From Pseudolabrys sp. (lineage in GTDB: Bacteria > Pseudomonadota > Alphaproteobacteria > Rhizobiales > Xanthobacteraceae), in the NCBI GenBank assembly GCA_035650955.1, contig DASRGR010000028.1:7510-71509 (forward strand): a stretch of 64,000 nucleotides of DNA, written 5' to 3'. Below the pieces are notes generated by a model. That model saw nothing but the letters and a program-made list of their open reading frames with translations, had not been told where the DNA came from and made no database searches. Positions 32,309 through 46,604 of this stretch are shown here, piece by piece (within the stretch, counting starts at the first letter, position 1; every line of letters starts with the position of its first letter). The translations under genes and the position numbers were made by a program.

Positions 32309-32324
32309 GTTAAAGCGTCTTTAA
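32309..32324 (-). promoter_or_regulatory. CtrA-binding site upstream of ftsB
   Basis: Minus strand TTAA-AGACGCT-TTAAC, a full match to TTAA-N7-TTAAC, 25 bp before the ftsB ATG. Confidence 0.7.
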
Positions 32325-32328
32325 TGCG

Positions 32329-33132
32329 TCAGATCCGGTGGCGAATTTCGTTCAAAACGAAATTTCCAAGCCGCTTTCCACGGTTGCGCAGCACCTTGAG
32401 CAGCCCCTGGTCGACGAAATAGGTGAGCAGGATCGAATCGCGGGTCTTGACGCGATTGTGCACCGGATCCGCCGAATGCCATGTGTCGTCGCCGACCGCA
32501 AAGGCATAGCCGGTATTCGGCGCAAATCGCATCTGCGCCCTCTTCGGCATGGATCCATCGGGCAATTTTTCGTGGAAGATCGTCCCGATGTCGGTATTGG
32601 CGTCGTCCTTCGGCAGATAGAGCTGGACGGTAATGCCCTTCCAGTGTGTGTCTGTGTGCGGCGTGATCAGGTAGCCGGGAATGTCCCGTGTCAGGATCGG
32701 AATAGGATACATTCCCACCTTGGCGAAGTTCTCGCCAAAGCGCTTCGACAGCCCCGGCGCCAGCTGCCGGATGAAGGCCTGCTTGACCGGCTCCGAGCAG
32801 AGCGCGCGCCCGACGATGTCCCACAGCGCTCGTTTCTCCGCGGGCAGGTTGCGAATGTATTCCGGAAACAGATCGATCTTGACGCGGGTATGCGTGCCAT
32901 CCGCCAGATCGTGACCTTTGCTGCGGCCGTGCATCGGCCGGTAATCGGATGACTCAGGCATCGACGCGAGAATCTGCGCGTAGATATCGTCAGGAAATAC
33001 CCTGTCGAACTCCAGGTGAAAGAATGGCTTTTCGACGGCACGCGCCGCGTCGATTGATTGAACAACAAATGCAGCCAGGCGTTCTGCCGCCCGGCGGCGG
33101 TCATAGGCCGATAGTGTCGTCGTCTGGTCCAT
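32329..33132 (-). CDS. 2-oxoglutarate/Fe(II)-dependent oxygenase-fold protein
   Basis: PHTD (HxD), distal TWHS, RDS (RxS). Confidence 0.7.
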   Translation of the reverse strand: MDQTTTLSAYDRRRAAERLAAFVVQSIDAARAVEKPFFHLEFDRVFPDDIYAQILASMPESSDYRPMHGRSKGHDLADGTHTRVKIDLFPEYIRNLPAEKRALWDIVGRALCSEPVKQAFIRQLAPGLSKRFGENFAKVGMYPIPILTRDIPGYLITPHTDTHWKGITVQLYLPKDDANTDIGTIFHEKLPDGSMPKRAQMRFAPNTGYAFAVGDDTWHSADPVHNRVKTRDSILLTYFVDQGLLKVLRNRGKRLGNFVLNEIRHRI

Positions 33133-33217
33133 CCTCGGCACCCGCAATCTGGTTGGATCGCCAATTTGCGTTGAATTCCCCGTCAAAGGCAAGACGCGCA
33201 AGTTGCCCGGCACGCCA

Positions 33218-34574
<1,357 letters not shown>

Positions 34575-34597
34575 TGCTCTGCAAAATCGTGTGATAA

Positions 34598-35056
34598 ATG
34601 CCAATGGCCCGAAAACGGTTGCAACTCGGCCGGCGTAGTCCGATCCCCGCCTCTCCTGACAAGGCGGTTCTCGACCGCGTGGCGAACCCACATGCCGGAA
34701 CGAACTACGTGGCGCGATTTACCGCGCCGGAGTTCACGACACTGTGCCCGATCACCGGACAGCCGGATTTCGCGCATCTCGTGATCGACTACGTTCCCGC
34801 CCGCTATCTCGTCGAATCAAAATCGCTCAAGCTCTACCTCAACAGTTTCCGCAACCATGGCGCCTTCCACGAGGACTGCACTGTCGCGATCGGCAGGAAG
34901 TTGTTTGCGCTCCTCAAGCCGAAGTGGCTGCGGATCGGTGGCTATTGGTATCCACGTGGCGGCATGCCGATCGACGTGTTCTGGCAGGCCGGCAAGATGC
35001 CCAAGGACGTCTGGGTGCCGGATCAGGGCGTTGCACCCTACCGTGGCCGCGGCTAA
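34598..35056 (+). CDS. queF: PreQ0 reductase (monomodular)
   Basis: [36 protein letters not shown]. Confidence 0.96.
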   Translation: MPMARKRLQLGRRSPIPASPDKAVLDRVANPHAGTNYVARFTAPEFTTLCPITGQPDFAHLVIDYVPARYLVESKSLKLYLNSFRNHGAFHEDCTVAIGRKLFALLKPKWLRIGGYWYPRGGMPIDVFWQAGKMPKDVWVPDQGVAPYRGRG

Positions 35057-36213
35057 GGCCCCGGAGCACTTCTTCTGAGTTGCAGCGCGCAGGTCCAGCC
35101 CGTTGCGACCAGCATTACTGCACCGGTGACGAGAACCGGCGTGATGCCGACGCTCGTGAGGCCGGCCCCATAGACGACCGGCCCCGCGGCCTGGCCAAGA
35201 AAGAAAAACATTGAATGCGCCGCTGTCGCCGACGCGCGCGCCGAAGGGGCGAGTTCGGTCACGTAAACCTGGATGCAGCCGTGCAGCAAATAGAAGCCGA
35301 AGCCGAGCAGCATGAAGTTCATGAATTCCAGCGGCCACGGCATGCGCAACGCAATGACCAGGAGACAAAAGCCCATTGCCATGCCCCCCGCAGCCATAAG
35401 GTGGCGCTCGCGAACATTTGCCACGAGCCACGCGACCAGGAAGGTGTAAATCACGCCGCCGAAACCAAAGCCGGCAATCACCACCCCGGCGATGGACGCA
35501 TGCGTTTCGCCTGCATCGCGCAGCAGGATTGCCATGTAGGGGAACACGCCGAAAAGAAACAGCGCTTCGACAAACACTGCTCCGAAGCAGTACTTCGCCA
35601 TCGGATTGCTGAAGACCGCGCGGTAATTCGGGATGAACGTCGAGAGGTCAAACTGACCGGGCGACTCATTCATGCTGCGAAATCCCGGGATCGCAACCGC
35701 GAGTGCCACGAGATCAATCGCCCCTGTCACGAAAAATACGCCACGCCATCCGACCAGATCGCCGATGATGCCGGCGCCGGAAGCGCCCAGCAAATTTCCA
35801 CTCATGGCAGCGAACAAAAGCCGGCCGATCGCGACTTGCCGCTGCTGTACCGGAACCCTGTCGCCCGCCACTGCCAGCGCAATTGGAAATACGCCGCCCG
35901 CGAAAATACCGGCGATCACGCGCAAGACCATCAGCATCTCGAAATTCGTTGCCAGCCCGCACGCGATCGTGGCGATGCCTACCACGAGCATGCACAGTGC
36001 TATGAGGCGCGTCTTGCTGAACATGTCCGCAAGAGCACCGAGCACGGGCTGAACGAGAGCGTAAGGCAAGGTAAACCCGGTTGAGAGCAGCGCCGCTGTC
36101 GTCGGTGTTACGTTCAGGCCCGCGGCAATCTGCGGAATCACCGGATCGACTGAGCGCATGAAAAGCGTCGTCGCAAAAATGACGAACGCCATAAGATTGA
36201 GAACGCGGCCCAT
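35053..36213 (-). CDS. MFS transporter
   Basis: About 12 hydrophobic segments, GALADMFSK motif-A variant. Confidence 0.85.
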   Translation of the reverse strand: MGRVLNLMAFVIFATTLFMRSVDPVIPQIAAGLNVTPTTAALLSTGFTLPYALVQPVLGALADMFSKTRLIALCMLVVGIATIACGLATNFEMLMVLRVIAGIFAGGVFPIALAVAGDRVPVQQRQVAIGRLLFAAMSGNLLGASGAGIIGDLVGWRGVFFVTGAIDLVALAVAIPGFRSMNESPGQFDLSTFIPNYRAVFSNPMAKYCFGAVFVEALFLFGVFPYMAILLRDAGETHASIAGVVIAGFGFGGVIYTFLVAWLVANVRERHLMAAGGMAMGFCLLVIALRMPWPLEFMNFMLLGFGFYLLHGCIQVYVTELAPSARASATAAHSMFFFLGQAAGPVVYGAGLTSVGITPVLVTGAVMLVATGWTCALQLRRSAPGP

Positions 36214-36237
36214 TTTTGATTTGAATTTCTGCGCGTA

Positions 36238-37074
36238 TCAGCGTTTCGCCAGGCGATCGAATTCGAGCAGCACGCGCAACAACGGCTCCATTTCCTTCAA
36301 GGGCAGCATATTGGGACCATCGGAGGGCGCCTTATCTGGATCTTGATGCGTTTCGATGAATACACCCGCAACACCGATCGCAACCGCAGCCCGCGCAAGA
36401 ACGGAAACAAATTCGCGTTCCCCGCCCGACTTGTCACCTCGCCCGCCCGGCTGCTGCACCGAGTGCGTCGCGTCGAAAATTACAGGCGCGCCGGTCGAGC
36501 GCTTCAGGATCGGCAGCGCGCGCATATCCGAGACCAGCGTGTTGTAGCCGAACGATACCCCACGTTCGGTCACGAGCACGTCGGAATTTCCGGCACCGGT
36601 AATTTTCTCGACGACGTTCGACATATCCCACGGTGCAAGAAACTGGCCTTTCTTGACGTTGACCGGCTTCGCCGTTTTTGCAGCCGCGATCAGCAGATCG
36701 GTCTGCCGGCACAGGAAGGCGGGGATTTGCAGAACGTCGACCGCAGGCGCGATCCGTGCGCACTGCGCTGCTTCGTGAACATCGGTGAGAACCGGCACTT
36801 TCAGTGTTTCACGGATTTCGGCAAAGACGGGCAATGCCTGGTCGAGGCCCAGGCCTCGCGCTGATTTGGCCGATGTCCGGTTGGCTTTGTCGAAGGACGT
36901 CTTGTAGACGAAGCCGATTCCGACACGCGCGGCAATTTCCTTGAGCGCCGACGCTGTCTCCAAAGCGTGCGTCCTGCTCTCGAGCGCGCAGGGACCTGCA
37001 ATCAGCGACAACGGCAAAGCGTTGCCGAAGCGCACGGCGCCCACTGTCACTGTTGCGCTGGGTTTTCGGTCCAA
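36238..37074 (-). CDS. kdsA: KDO-8-phosphate synthase
   Basis: [41 protein letters not shown]. Confidence 0.97.
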   Translation of the reverse strand: MDRKPSATVTVGAVRFGNALPLSLIAGPCALESRTHALETASALKEIAARVGIGFVYKTSFDKANRTSAKSARGLGLDQALPVFAEIRETLKVPVLTDVHEAAQCARIAPAVDVLQIPAFLCRQTDLLIAAAKTAKPVNVKKGQFLAPWDMSNVVEKITGAGNSDVLVTERGVSFGYNTLVSDMRALPILKRSTGAPVIFDATHSVQQPGGRGDKSGGEREFVSVLARAAVAIGVAGVFIETHQDPDKAPSDGPNMLPLKEMEPLLRVLLEFDRLAKR

Positions 37075-37120
37075 GGGCTCAAATCCTCGCCGCGGACCAT
37101 GAATGGCGGATGGGCGGCGG

Positions 37121-37996
37121 TCAACGGGCCTGTGACCGTGCGGCCTCGAATATCAGCACCGCGCCCATTGCATCACCGGGGCCAATCACGGTCAGGCCTC
37201 CGGGGCTAATTCCGGCAATCCCAGCCTGCTCTGGCAGCGCCTCCAAAAGGCCCGCGTCTTTCGCCTGAAAACGTAATGCCGCAAGCCTCGCGCCACGCGA
37301 GACGTCCGGTGCTTTCACGCCGTATCGCTGCGTAAAGGCCGCCGCCGTCAGGACGTCGATCGTTCCACGCGGGGTTTGCACTGCAAAGCCACCCTCGACA
37401 GGCGCTGCCGGCGCGCCGGCAAACGCCGCCAGGAATTGCCTGTGTTTTTCCGGCTGACTGGCCACCGCGACAGCACCGACGATCGCAGTGGCCCCGTTTG
37501 CGTGCGTCTGGAACGCCGGATTCCAGAAATTCTCCGGATAGTGCTGTTGGCAAACGGCAAAATGAATGCCGGGCGCCGCCCCGTCCTCCGCAAATGCGAG
37601 CGAGAAGCCGACCTTGACCGTGGAGCCATCCGGTCGCCGGCCCTCGCGCTCGAAACGCATGACCGGGGAAGCGGCAATGCCCGACGCGCGAAACTGTTTT
37701 TCGTCCGCCGCAGCATCCTTCGACTCCAGAATGAGCAGCGACAGACCCTCACCGCGTTCGAGGAAGTCGCGATTGTAGGCACCAAAGAGCGTGGAGAATC
37801 CGTCGTCGCCGAGCTTCTCGGGCTCGGCTACCGTGAGGAGTTCGATGAAACAGCCCGGGAATTGCACGATGTGGTTATGCGTGCCCCAGGAATGGCGATT
37901 ACGTGCGCCTACGGTGAATCCAAGACGCCGATAACGATCCGCTGCGCGATCGAGATCGCGAACGGCATGGACAATGTGATCAAGACCGCGGGGCAT
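37121..37996 (-). CDS. VOC/glyoxalase-like protein
   Basis: [29 protein letters not shown]. Confidence 0.85.
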   Translation of the reverse strand: MPRGLDHIVHAVRDLDRAADRYRRLGFTVGARNRHSWGTHNHIVQFPGCFIELLTVAEPEKLGDDGFSTLFGAYNRDFLERGEGLSLLILESKDAAADEKQFRASGIAASPVMRFEREGRRPDGSTVKVGFSLAFAEDGAAPGIHFAVCQQHYPENFWNPAFQTHANGATAIVGAVAVASQPEKHRQFLAAFAGAPAAPVEGGFAVQTPRGTIDVLTAAAFTQRYGVKAPDVSRGARLAALRFQAKDAGLLEALPEQAGIAGISPGGLTVIGPGDAMGAVLIFEAARSQAR

Positions 37997-38146
37997 CGTC
38001 ACGCTGAAACAATATAGCAGAGCTCGGTGTCCCGGGGAGCCTTGGCGCGAACGCACCGAGCATTGATTGTCCTCAAGCCATAAAGGCAGCACGCCACGCG
38101 ACGTCCGTCGGTATAAGTGGCCGCAAACCGATTCACTGCAGGTCGT

Positions 38147-39787
<1,641 letters not shown>

Positions 39788-39945
39788 TTAGCCCACGCGA
39801 GTCGATTCGACGAGCGCGAATTATTCAAACCCACCCTGTGTTTGCGGGCCGGTTGATAACTGGTCGGAATTGCAGACGGTTGCGACACGGTTTGCATGTT
39901 CTCCTTAAACCTGATCCCACTCTTTCCGCCACATTCTCTCAAAGT

Positions 39946-39974
39946 CGAAGGGGCCGGATTTTCCGGCCCCTTCG
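39946..39974. terminator. 13-bp perfect hairpin after secG
   Basis: CGAAGGGGCCGGA-TTT-TCCGGCCCCTTCG. Confidence 0.75.
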
Positions 39975-39983
39975 GTCGTTCCT

Positions 39984-40364
39984 TCATTTTGACTGCGGCA
40001 CCTGCGGCCCCGATGGGGCCGGAGTTGCCGGCGGCGAGCCGCCCTGCAGTTGATTGAGCAATCCACCACCGCTGCTGAGTGGCGGAGGCGCGCCAGGCGC
40101 CGCCGGCATGCTCTGTCCACCCTCGAGGATCGAAGCCGGCTTGCGCCCGATCCCTGCGAGGATCGAAAGCACCAGGCTCGTCACGAAGAAAAGGCCCGCC
40201 AGGATCGCTGTCGCGCGTGTAAGCACATTTGCGGTACCGCGGCTGGTCATGAACCCGCCCGTGGAACCGATACCGAGCCCGCCGCCCTCGGAGCGCTGCA
40301 ACAGCACGACACCGATCATGGCGAGAACAAGCATCAAGTGGATGACGATGATGACGTGCTGCAT
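39984..40364 (-). CDS. secG: Preprotein translocase subunit SecG
   Basis: VLLQRSEGGGLG, NVLTRATAILA. Confidence 0.95.
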   Translation of the reverse strand: MQHVIIVIHLMLVLAMIGVVLLQRSEGGGLGIGSTGGFMTSRGTANVLTRATAILAGLFFVTSLVLSILAGIGRKPASILEGGQSMPAAPGAPPPLSSGGGLLNQLQGGSPPATPAPSGPQVPQSK

Positions 40365-40486
40365 CAGTCCAAAATCCGTTCAAACCACCCCGATCCGGGC
40401 TTCCCGCCCTGGCGGCGCCGTTCGCTATATAGGAATTCGCCGCGGTCTCTACACGATCGCTCCGGAGTTTTCCACCCCGACCGCCG

Positions 40487-41245
40487 CTAGCGGTAAATCG
40501 CGGCAATACCGAGGAAATCTGCCGCCCTCAGGCTCGCACCACCGACCAAGGCCCCGTTCACATTGGCAATCCGCAGGAGGTCGCCGGCATTGGCCGGTTT
40601 GACCGAACCGCCGTAGAGGATGCGCATGGAGTCTGCTTCGCCGGCGAAACGCTCGCTCAGCCGCTTGCGGATGAATGCGTGGACCTCGGCAACATCCGTC
40701 TTGGTCGGCGTAAGGCCGGTTCCGATCGCCCATACAGGCTCATAAGCGATCACCAGATTGCCGCCTGTGGCGCCGGCGGGCACCGAACCGTCAAGCTGGT
40801 CCCCCACAACCGTCAGCGTCCTGCCCGCTTCACGCTCTGTGCGCTGCTCGCCGACACAGACGATGGCGCATAGCCCGGCTCGCCAGGCGGCCTGTGCCTT
40901 CGCCCGCACCTGCGCATTGGTTTCGTGGTGGTCGGTGCGCCGCTCCGAATGTCCGACGATAACCGCGCGGGCGCCGGCATCAGCAAGCATCTCGGCCGAA
41001 ATATCTCCGGTGTGCGCCCCCGACATCTCGGCATGACAGTCCTGCGCGCCAATGCTCACCGGCGAACCACGGGCAGCCGCGGCAAATCCGGCTATCAGGG
41101 TGGCAGGCGGGCAAACCATGATGTCGGCCTTACCCGTTAGGCTTCCGGCGCCCGCGATGATCTTGGCCAGCTCACCTTCCGAGGCAGCCAGGCCGTGCAT
41201 TTTCCAATTGCCCGCAACCAGCGGGACTATTTTGGCCGCCGCCAT
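40487..41245 (-). CDS. tpiA: Triosephosphate isomerase
   Basis: [37 protein letters not shown]. Confidence 0.98.
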   Translation of the reverse strand: MAAAKIVPLVAGNWKMHGLAASEGELAKIIAGAGSLTGKADIMVCPPATLIAGFAAAARGSPVSIGAQDCHAEMSGAHTGDISAEMLADAGARAVIVGHSERRTDHHETNAQVRAKAQAAWRAGLCAIVCVGEQRTEREAGRTLTVVGDQLDGSVPAGATGGNLVIAYEPVWAIGTGLTPTKTDVAEVHAFIRKRLSERFAGEADSMRILYGGSVKPANAGDLLRIANVNGALVGGASLRAADFLGIAAIYR

Positions 41246-41324
41246 CCAAAAACCCCTCTCCGTGCGGTTATCAGACCGGACCCGGCAATGCCAGTGCCTC
41301 GCCGCAAGGCCGATCCTTGTTGAG

Positions 41325-41353
41325 TTGCAATGAGTTGCACGTGACTCTATGGT
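41325..41353 (+). promoter_or_regulatory. Putative sigma70 promoter for ppiD-trp
   Basis: TTGCAA-N17-TATGGT. Confidence 0.4.
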
Positions 41354-41426
41354 GCGCCCGCCGTGCCTGGGTTAGACAGGCGCGGCTATCCACCCGATCA
41401 AGCACACCGACAGTCAAAGCGCGCGC

Positions 41427-43337
41427 ATGCTTCGCGGTCTCCACAAGGCCTCCTCGACCTGGCTCGGTAAAGCCATCATGGCAGTCGTGATGGGATTCCT
41501 CGTGATCAGTTTTGCGATTTGGGGGATCGGCGACATATTTCGCGGCTTTGGACGCAACGCGGTAGCAACGATCGGCGGCACCGAAATTTCCATCGAGCAG
41601 TTCCGCCAGCTCTACAACGAGCGACTGCAGCAGATGGGGCGACAGGTCGGGCGACCGATCACGCCCGACGAGGCGCGTGCCCGCGGGCTTGACCGTCAGA
41701 TTCTGGCTCAGGTCGTCGCCGAGACGACCATCGACGAGCAGGCCAAGAAGCTGCGGCTTGGCATTGATGACGCCGAAATCGCAAAGCGCATTACGTCCGA
41801 CCCGTCATTCCGTGGTCCAAACGGGCAATTTGACCGCGTGCGGTTCGAACAGATCATCCGTCAGGCCGGATTTACCGAGAGCCGGTTTATCGAAGAGCAG
41901 CGGCGCTCAATTCTGCGCAGGCAGATCGCACAAACCGTCACCGGCGACCTCAAGGTCCCCACGACCGTGCTGACCGCCGTCAATCAGTTTCAGAACGAGA
42001 AGCGGGAGATCGAGTACGTGACGCTCGGACCCGCTCAAGCAGGCGAGGTTCCGGCTCCCACGCCCGAAGTTCTCAATAAGTACTTCGAAGAGCGCAAAGC
42101 GCTGTTCCGGGCGCCGGAGTACCGGAAAATCACATTACTGCCGATCTCGCCTGCCGATCTCGCCAAACCCGATGCCGTGACCGATGCGGACGCGAAGGCC
42201 TATTTCGAGCAGCGAAAGGACAGTTTCGGCAAGCCGGAAAAGCGTGAGGTTCGCCAGATCGTCTTCCCGACCCCCGAGGAAGCCGCCGACGCGCGCGAGC
42301 GCATCAACAAAGGCGCGACATTCGACGACATTGCAAAAGAACGGCAGCTGAAAGACTCGGACACCAATCTCGGGATGGTGACGAAGCCTGACATTATCGA
42401 TCCGGCCGTCGCGGATGCCGCGTTTTCGCTCAAGCCCGGGGAGACGAGCGCCCCACTGAAAGGCCGCTTTGGCACCGTGCTGGTGCAGGTTGGAAGAATC
42501 GAACCGGGGGAACAGAAAACCTTCGAGCAGGTCGCTGGACAGATAAAGCGCGAAATCGCCGAGAGCCGGGCAAAATCGGAGATCGGAAACCTGCGTGACA
42601 AGATCGAGGATGAGCGCGCCGCCGGTTCCACTCTGGCGGAAACCGCGAAGAAACTCGGACTAAAATCCACATCTATCGATACCGTTGATCGGTCGGGTCG
42701 CGGCCCTGACGGGAAACCGGTTCCGGAACTGCCACAGACGCCGAACGTCGTCAGCGCCGCGTTTGCGAGCGACGTCGGCGTCGACAACGAAGCGCTGCAG
42801 ATGGCAGGCGGCGGCTACCTTTACTACGATGTCACGGGTGTGACTCCTTCCCGCGAGCGCTCGCTCGATGAAGTGAAAGATCAGGTCGCGACGCGCTGGC
42901 GCGATGACGAGATCGCCAAGCGCCTGCAAGTGAAAGCCGATGACCTCCTCGGCAAGCTCAAGGCGGGCGCGGCTTTCGCACAGGTCGCAAGCGAGGCCGG
43001 CCTCAAGGTCGAGACTGCGAAAGATTTGCAGCGTGGCAGGCCCGGAGGCTTCGTTCCCGCAAAGACAATCGAGGCTGTCTTCCGCACGCCAAAAGGAATG
43101 GCAGCCAGTGCCGAAGGCGGGAAAGAAACCGAACGTTTCGTCTTCCGCGTGACCGAGGTCGTCGATCCGCCACTTGAGGCCGGGACGCCGCAGGGTCAGG
43201 CGATCGCGACCGCTCTGCAAAGCTCGTACACCGATGATCTTATCAGCGAGTACATCGCACGGCTGGAAAATGACTTCGGTGTGAGCATCAATCCGTCGGC
43301 GCTGAATCAGGTCATCGGCGGCGGCACACAGCAATAA
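41427..43337 (+). CDS. ppiD: PpiD-type periplasmic chaperone/PPIase
   Basis: N-terminal TM anchor ISFAIWGIGD, SurA-N-like region, parvulin-like LGMV...AAFSL...GRFG. Confidence 0.85.
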   Translation: MLRGLHKASSTWLGKAIMAVVMGFLVISFAIWGIGDIFRGFGRNAVATIGGTEISIEQFRQLYNERLQQMGRQVGRPITPDEARARGLDRQILAQVVAETTIDEQAKKLRLGIDDAEIAKRITSDPSFRGPNGQFDRVRFEQIIRQAGFTESRFIEEQRRSILRRQIAQTVTGDLKVPTTVLTAVNQFQNEKREIEYVTLGPAQAGEVPAPTPEVLNKYFEERKALFRAPEYRKITLLPISPADLAKPDAVTDADAKAYFEQRKDSFGKPEKREVRQIVFPTPEEAADARERINKGATFDDIAKERQLKDSDTNLGMVTKPDIIDPAVADAAFSLKPGETSAPLKGRFGTVLVQVGRIEPGEQKTFEQVAGQIKREIAESRAKSEIGNLRDKIEDERAAGSTLAETAKKLGLKSTSIDTVDRSGRGPDGKPVPELPQTPNVVSAAFASDVGVDNEALQMAGGGYLYYDVTGVTPSRERSLDEVKDQVATRWRDDEIAKRLQVKADDLLGKLKAGAAFAQVASEAGLKVETAKDLQRGRPGGFVPAKTIEAVFRTPKGMAASAEGGKETERFVFRVTEVVDPPLEAGTPQGQAIATALQSSYTDDLISEYIARLENDFGVSINPSALNQVIGGGTQQ

Positions 43338-43344
43338 GCAAGCC

Positions 43345-44862
43345 ATGCAGATCGAGCCGTCGGAAAGCGCCTTCGCCGACCGTTACGGGCGCGGCGAAGC
43401 ACAGGTCGTGTGGACGACCCTTGTGGCCGATCTGGAGACGCCTGTATCCGCGTTCCTGAAACTCGGCGGCGGCAAGGCCATGAGCTTCCTGCTCGAGTCG
43501 GTCGAGGGTGGAGCGGTTCGCGGCCGCTACTCGATCATCGGGCTCGAGCCCGATCTTGTCTGGCGCACGAATGGCACGAAGGCTGAGATAAACCGCAAGG
43601 CCGACAGCCGGCCAGACGCGTTTGCTCCCTGTTCCGAACCCCCGCTACAGGCTCTGCGCAAACTGATCTCGGAGAGCCGGATCGCATTGCCCGACAGTCT
43701 GCCTCCAATGGCCGCAGGCGTATTCGGCTATCTGGGGTACGACGTGGTGCGCCTGATGGAAGACCTGCCGATCCGCAAGCCGGATCCGATCGGCATCCCG
43801 GACGCGGTTCTTGTACGCCCGACGCTGATTGTCGTGTTCGACGCCGTGAAGGATTCCATCACGGTTGTCACGCCGGTGCGGCCGGAGAAAGGCGTGGAGG
43901 CCGGCGTCGCGCTCGCCCGCGCCGTCGAACGTCTTTCGCGCGTCGTTGCAAATCTCGATGGCCCGCTCGACAAGTCATTGTCCGAACCGGATGCGGGTTC
44001 GGTCGACGTGCCTGCGAAATCGAACACGACGCCGGAAGAATTCAAGACGATGGTGCGTCGAGCGAAGGAATACATTGCCGCCGGCGATGCGTTTCAGATC
44101 GTGCTCGCACAGCGTTTCGAGGCGCCCTTCACCCTGCCCCCGTTCTCGCTCTACCGCGCGCTGCGCCGGACAAACCCGTCACCGTATCTCTATTTTCTCG
44201 ATTTCGGCGACTTCGCTGTCGCAGGATCGAGTCCTGAGATTCTCGTAAAGGTCTCGGGAAACACGGTCACGATCCGGCCGATTGCCGGTACCCGCCCGCG
44301 TGGAGCAACGCCGCATGAGGACAAGGCGCTGGAAGAGGAACTTCTCGCCGACCCCAAGGAGCGAGCCGAGCACCTGATGTTGCTCGACCTCGGCCGCAAC
44401 GATGTCGGTCGCGTCGCAGCGATCGGCACGGTCACGGTGACGGATCAATTCTTCATCGAGCGATACAGCCACGTGATGCACATCGTATCGAACGTCGAAG
44501 GCAAGCTGGCCGGCAATCGCGACGCCCTCGACGCGCTGTCTGCCGGGTTTCCGGCCGGTACGGTTTCCGGCGCGCCGAAAGTGCGCGCGATGCAGATCAT
44601 CGACCAGCTGGAAAAGGAGAAGCGCGGCATTTACGCCGGATGCGTGGGCTATTTCTCCGCCACCGGGCAAATGGACACGTGTATCGTGCTGCGTACGGCG
44701 CTCGTGAAAGACGGCAAGATGTACGTCCAGGCCGGTGCCGGGATCGTCGCCGACAGCAATCCCGACTTCGAGCAGCAGGAGTGCATCAACAAGGCAAAGG
44801 CTTTGTTTCGGGCGGCCGAGGAAGCCCGGCGCTTCGCCAGCATCGCAAAACGCGGCCAGTAA
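43345..44862 (+). CDS. trpE: Anthranilate synthase component I
   Basis: LLESVEGG, NPSPY, GSSPE, KERAEHLMLLDLGRND, GTVSGAPK. Confidence 0.97.
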   Translation: MQIEPSESAFADRYGRGEAQVVWTTLVADLETPVSAFLKLGGGKAMSFLLESVEGGAVRGRYSIIGLEPDLVWRTNGTKAEINRKADSRPDAFAPCSEPPLQALRKLISESRIALPDSLPPMAAGVFGYLGYDVVRLMEDLPIRKPDPIGIPDAVLVRPTLIVVFDAVKDSITVVTPVRPEKGVEAGVALARAVERLSRVVANLDGPLDKSLSEPDAGSVDVPAKSNTTPEEFKTMVRRAKEYIAAGDAFQIVLAQRFEAPFTLPPFSLYRALRRTNPSPYLYFLDFGDFAVAGSSPEILVKVSGNTVTIRPIAGTRPRGATPHEDKALEEELLADPKERAEHLMLLDLGRNDVGRVAAIGTVTVTDQFFIERYSHVMHIVSNVEGKLAGNRDALDALSAGFPAGTVSGAPKVRAMQIIDQLEKEKRGIYAGCVGYFSATGQMDTCIVLRTALVKDGKMYVQAGAGIVADSNPDFEQQECINKAKALFRAAEEARRFASIAKRGQ

Positions 44863-44930
44863 CCCCGTACGCGCGGGGCTGCTTGACCCCCCACCAGCCC
44901 CACCGTAAACCCTTGGCAGCACGGTGGAAC

Positions 44931-45581
44931 ATGGTCGTCATCATCGACAACTACGACAGCTTCACCTTCAACCTCTTCCACTATCTGGGAGAGCTCGGAG
45001 CTGACGTTGTCGTGCATCGAAACGACAGAATTGCGGTTACGGACGTCATGGCGTCTGAGCCGGACGCGATCGTACTGTCTCCCGGTCCCTGCACCCCGAA
45101 TGAAGCGGGTATCTGCCTCGAGTTGATCGCCGCGGCTGCCTCTACCATTCCCATACTCGGGGTCTGCCTCGGTCATCAGGCGATCGGGCAAGCTTTCGGC
45201 GGCAAAGTGGTACGTGCCGCACCGGTTCATGGAAAGGTGTCCGAGATCAAACACAAGGGCACCGGACTCTTCCGCGGTATCAACGGACCGCTGAAGGCAA
45301 CCCGGTATCATTCGCTTGTCGTCGAACGAGCGAGCATGCCGTCCGAACTTGAAATAAATGCGGAGACCGATGACCGCCTCGTGATGGGACTGATGCACGA
45401 GAGGCTGCCCGTCCATGGCGTGCAATTCCATCCTGAGAGTATCGCCTCCGAGCACGGGCACCTGATGCTGAAAAATTTTCTTGAAATCGCAGCCGCCTGG
45501 AACGCAAAACGCGGACGCAGCATTGCATCTGCCCGCAAGATTGCGGCCGCACACGCGCGCTTGCCTGAGGCCCTGCAATGA
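44931..45581 (+). CDS. trpG: Anthranilate synthase component II
   Basis: [30 protein letters not shown]. Confidence 0.96.
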   Translation: MVVIIDNYDSFTFNLFHYLGELGADVVVHRNDRIAVTDVMASEPDAIVLSPGPCTPNEAGICLELIAAAASTIPILGVCLGHQAIGQAFGGKVVRAAPVHGKVSEIKHKGTGLFRGINGPLKATRYHSLVVERASMPSELEINAETDDRLVMGLMHERLPVHGVQFHPESIASEHGHLMLKNFLEIAAAWNAKRGRSIASARKIAAAHARLPEALQ

Positions 45582-46603
45582 CTGACGACTTCAAAGCGCT
45601 CATCGCCAAAGTCGCGACCGGTGCAAGCCTTTCCCGCGAGGAGGCCGCGACCGCATTCGACCGCATGATGTCGGGCGAAGCCACGCCGTCGCAGATGGGT
45701 GGACTTTTGATGGCCTTGCGCGTGCGCGGGGAAACGGTCGAGGAGATCACCGGCGCCGTCACCACAATGCGCGCAAAGATGCTCGCCGTGAAAGCCCCGC
45801 CGGACGCCATCGATGTCGTCGGGACTGGCGGCGATGCGTCCGGCTCTTTCAATATTTCCACCTGTGCGGCGTTCATCGTCGCCGGCGCCGGCGTGCCCGT
45901 CGCCAAGCACGGCAACCGCGCATTGTCATCGAAATCGGGAGCAGCCGACGTCCTGCAGGCACTCGGCGTGAAGATCGACCTTGACGCCCATCAGGTCGGT
46001 GCCTGCATCCGCGACGCCGGTATCGGCTTCATGTTCGCGCCCGCCCACCATCCGGCGATGAAGAACGTTGGCCCTACACGCGTGGAACTCGGCACGCGCA
46101 CGATATTCAATCTGCTTGGACCGTTATCGAACCCTGCAAGCGTCAGGCGCCAGATGATCGGTACGTTTTCAAAGCACTGGATCGAGCCGATGGCACAGGT
46201 TCTGAAGAACCTCGGCTCGGAAAGCATCTGGGTTGTGCACGGTTCCGACGGACTTGACGAGATCACGACGGCGGGACCAACCAGCGTGGCGGCGCTTGCG
46301 AATGGAAAAATCCGGACCTTCGAGGTCACACCGGAAGACGCCGGACTGTCGCGGGCGAAGCCGGAGGCTTTGCGCGGCGGCGACGCCGAGCACAACGCCA
46401 AGGCCCTTCTCGATGTTCTGAAAGGGAAACGTGGGCCCTTTCGCGATGTGGCGATCCTCAATGCAGCGGCGGCCTTGGTCGTCGCCGGCAAGGCGAAAGA
46501 TCTCCGCGAAGGTGCTACACTTGCGGCAAGGTCAATCGATAGCGGCGAGGCCGAAGGGCGTCTCGATCGCCTTATCGCCGTGTCGAACGCAACGGAGATG
46601 TAG
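45578..46603 (+). CDS. trpD: Anthranilate phosphoribosyltransferase
   Basis: [30 protein letters not shown]. Confidence 0.97.
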   Translation: MTDDFKALIAKVATGASLSREEAATAFDRMMSGEATPSQMGGLLMALRVRGETVEEITGAVTTMRAKMLAVKAPPDAIDVVGTGGDASGSFNISTCAAFIVAGAGVPVAKHGNRALSSKSGAADVLQALGVKIDLDAHQVGACIRDAGIGFMFAPAHHPAMKNVGPTRVELGTRTIFNLLGPLSNPASVRRQMIGTFSKHWIEPMAQVLKNLGSESIWVVHGSDGLDEITTAGPTSVAALANGKIRTFEVTPEDAGLSRAKPEALRGGDAEHNAKALLDVLKGKRGPFRDVAILNAAAALVVAGKAKDLREGATLAARSIDSGEAEGRLDRLIAVSNATEM

Positions 46604-46604
46604 C

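Noticed and set aside
44883-44926. CTTGAC-N17-GTAAAC and a CACCGT/ACGGTG stem before trpG as a possible attenuator
   Set aside because: No Trp-codon leader peptide; at best an ordinary internal promoter
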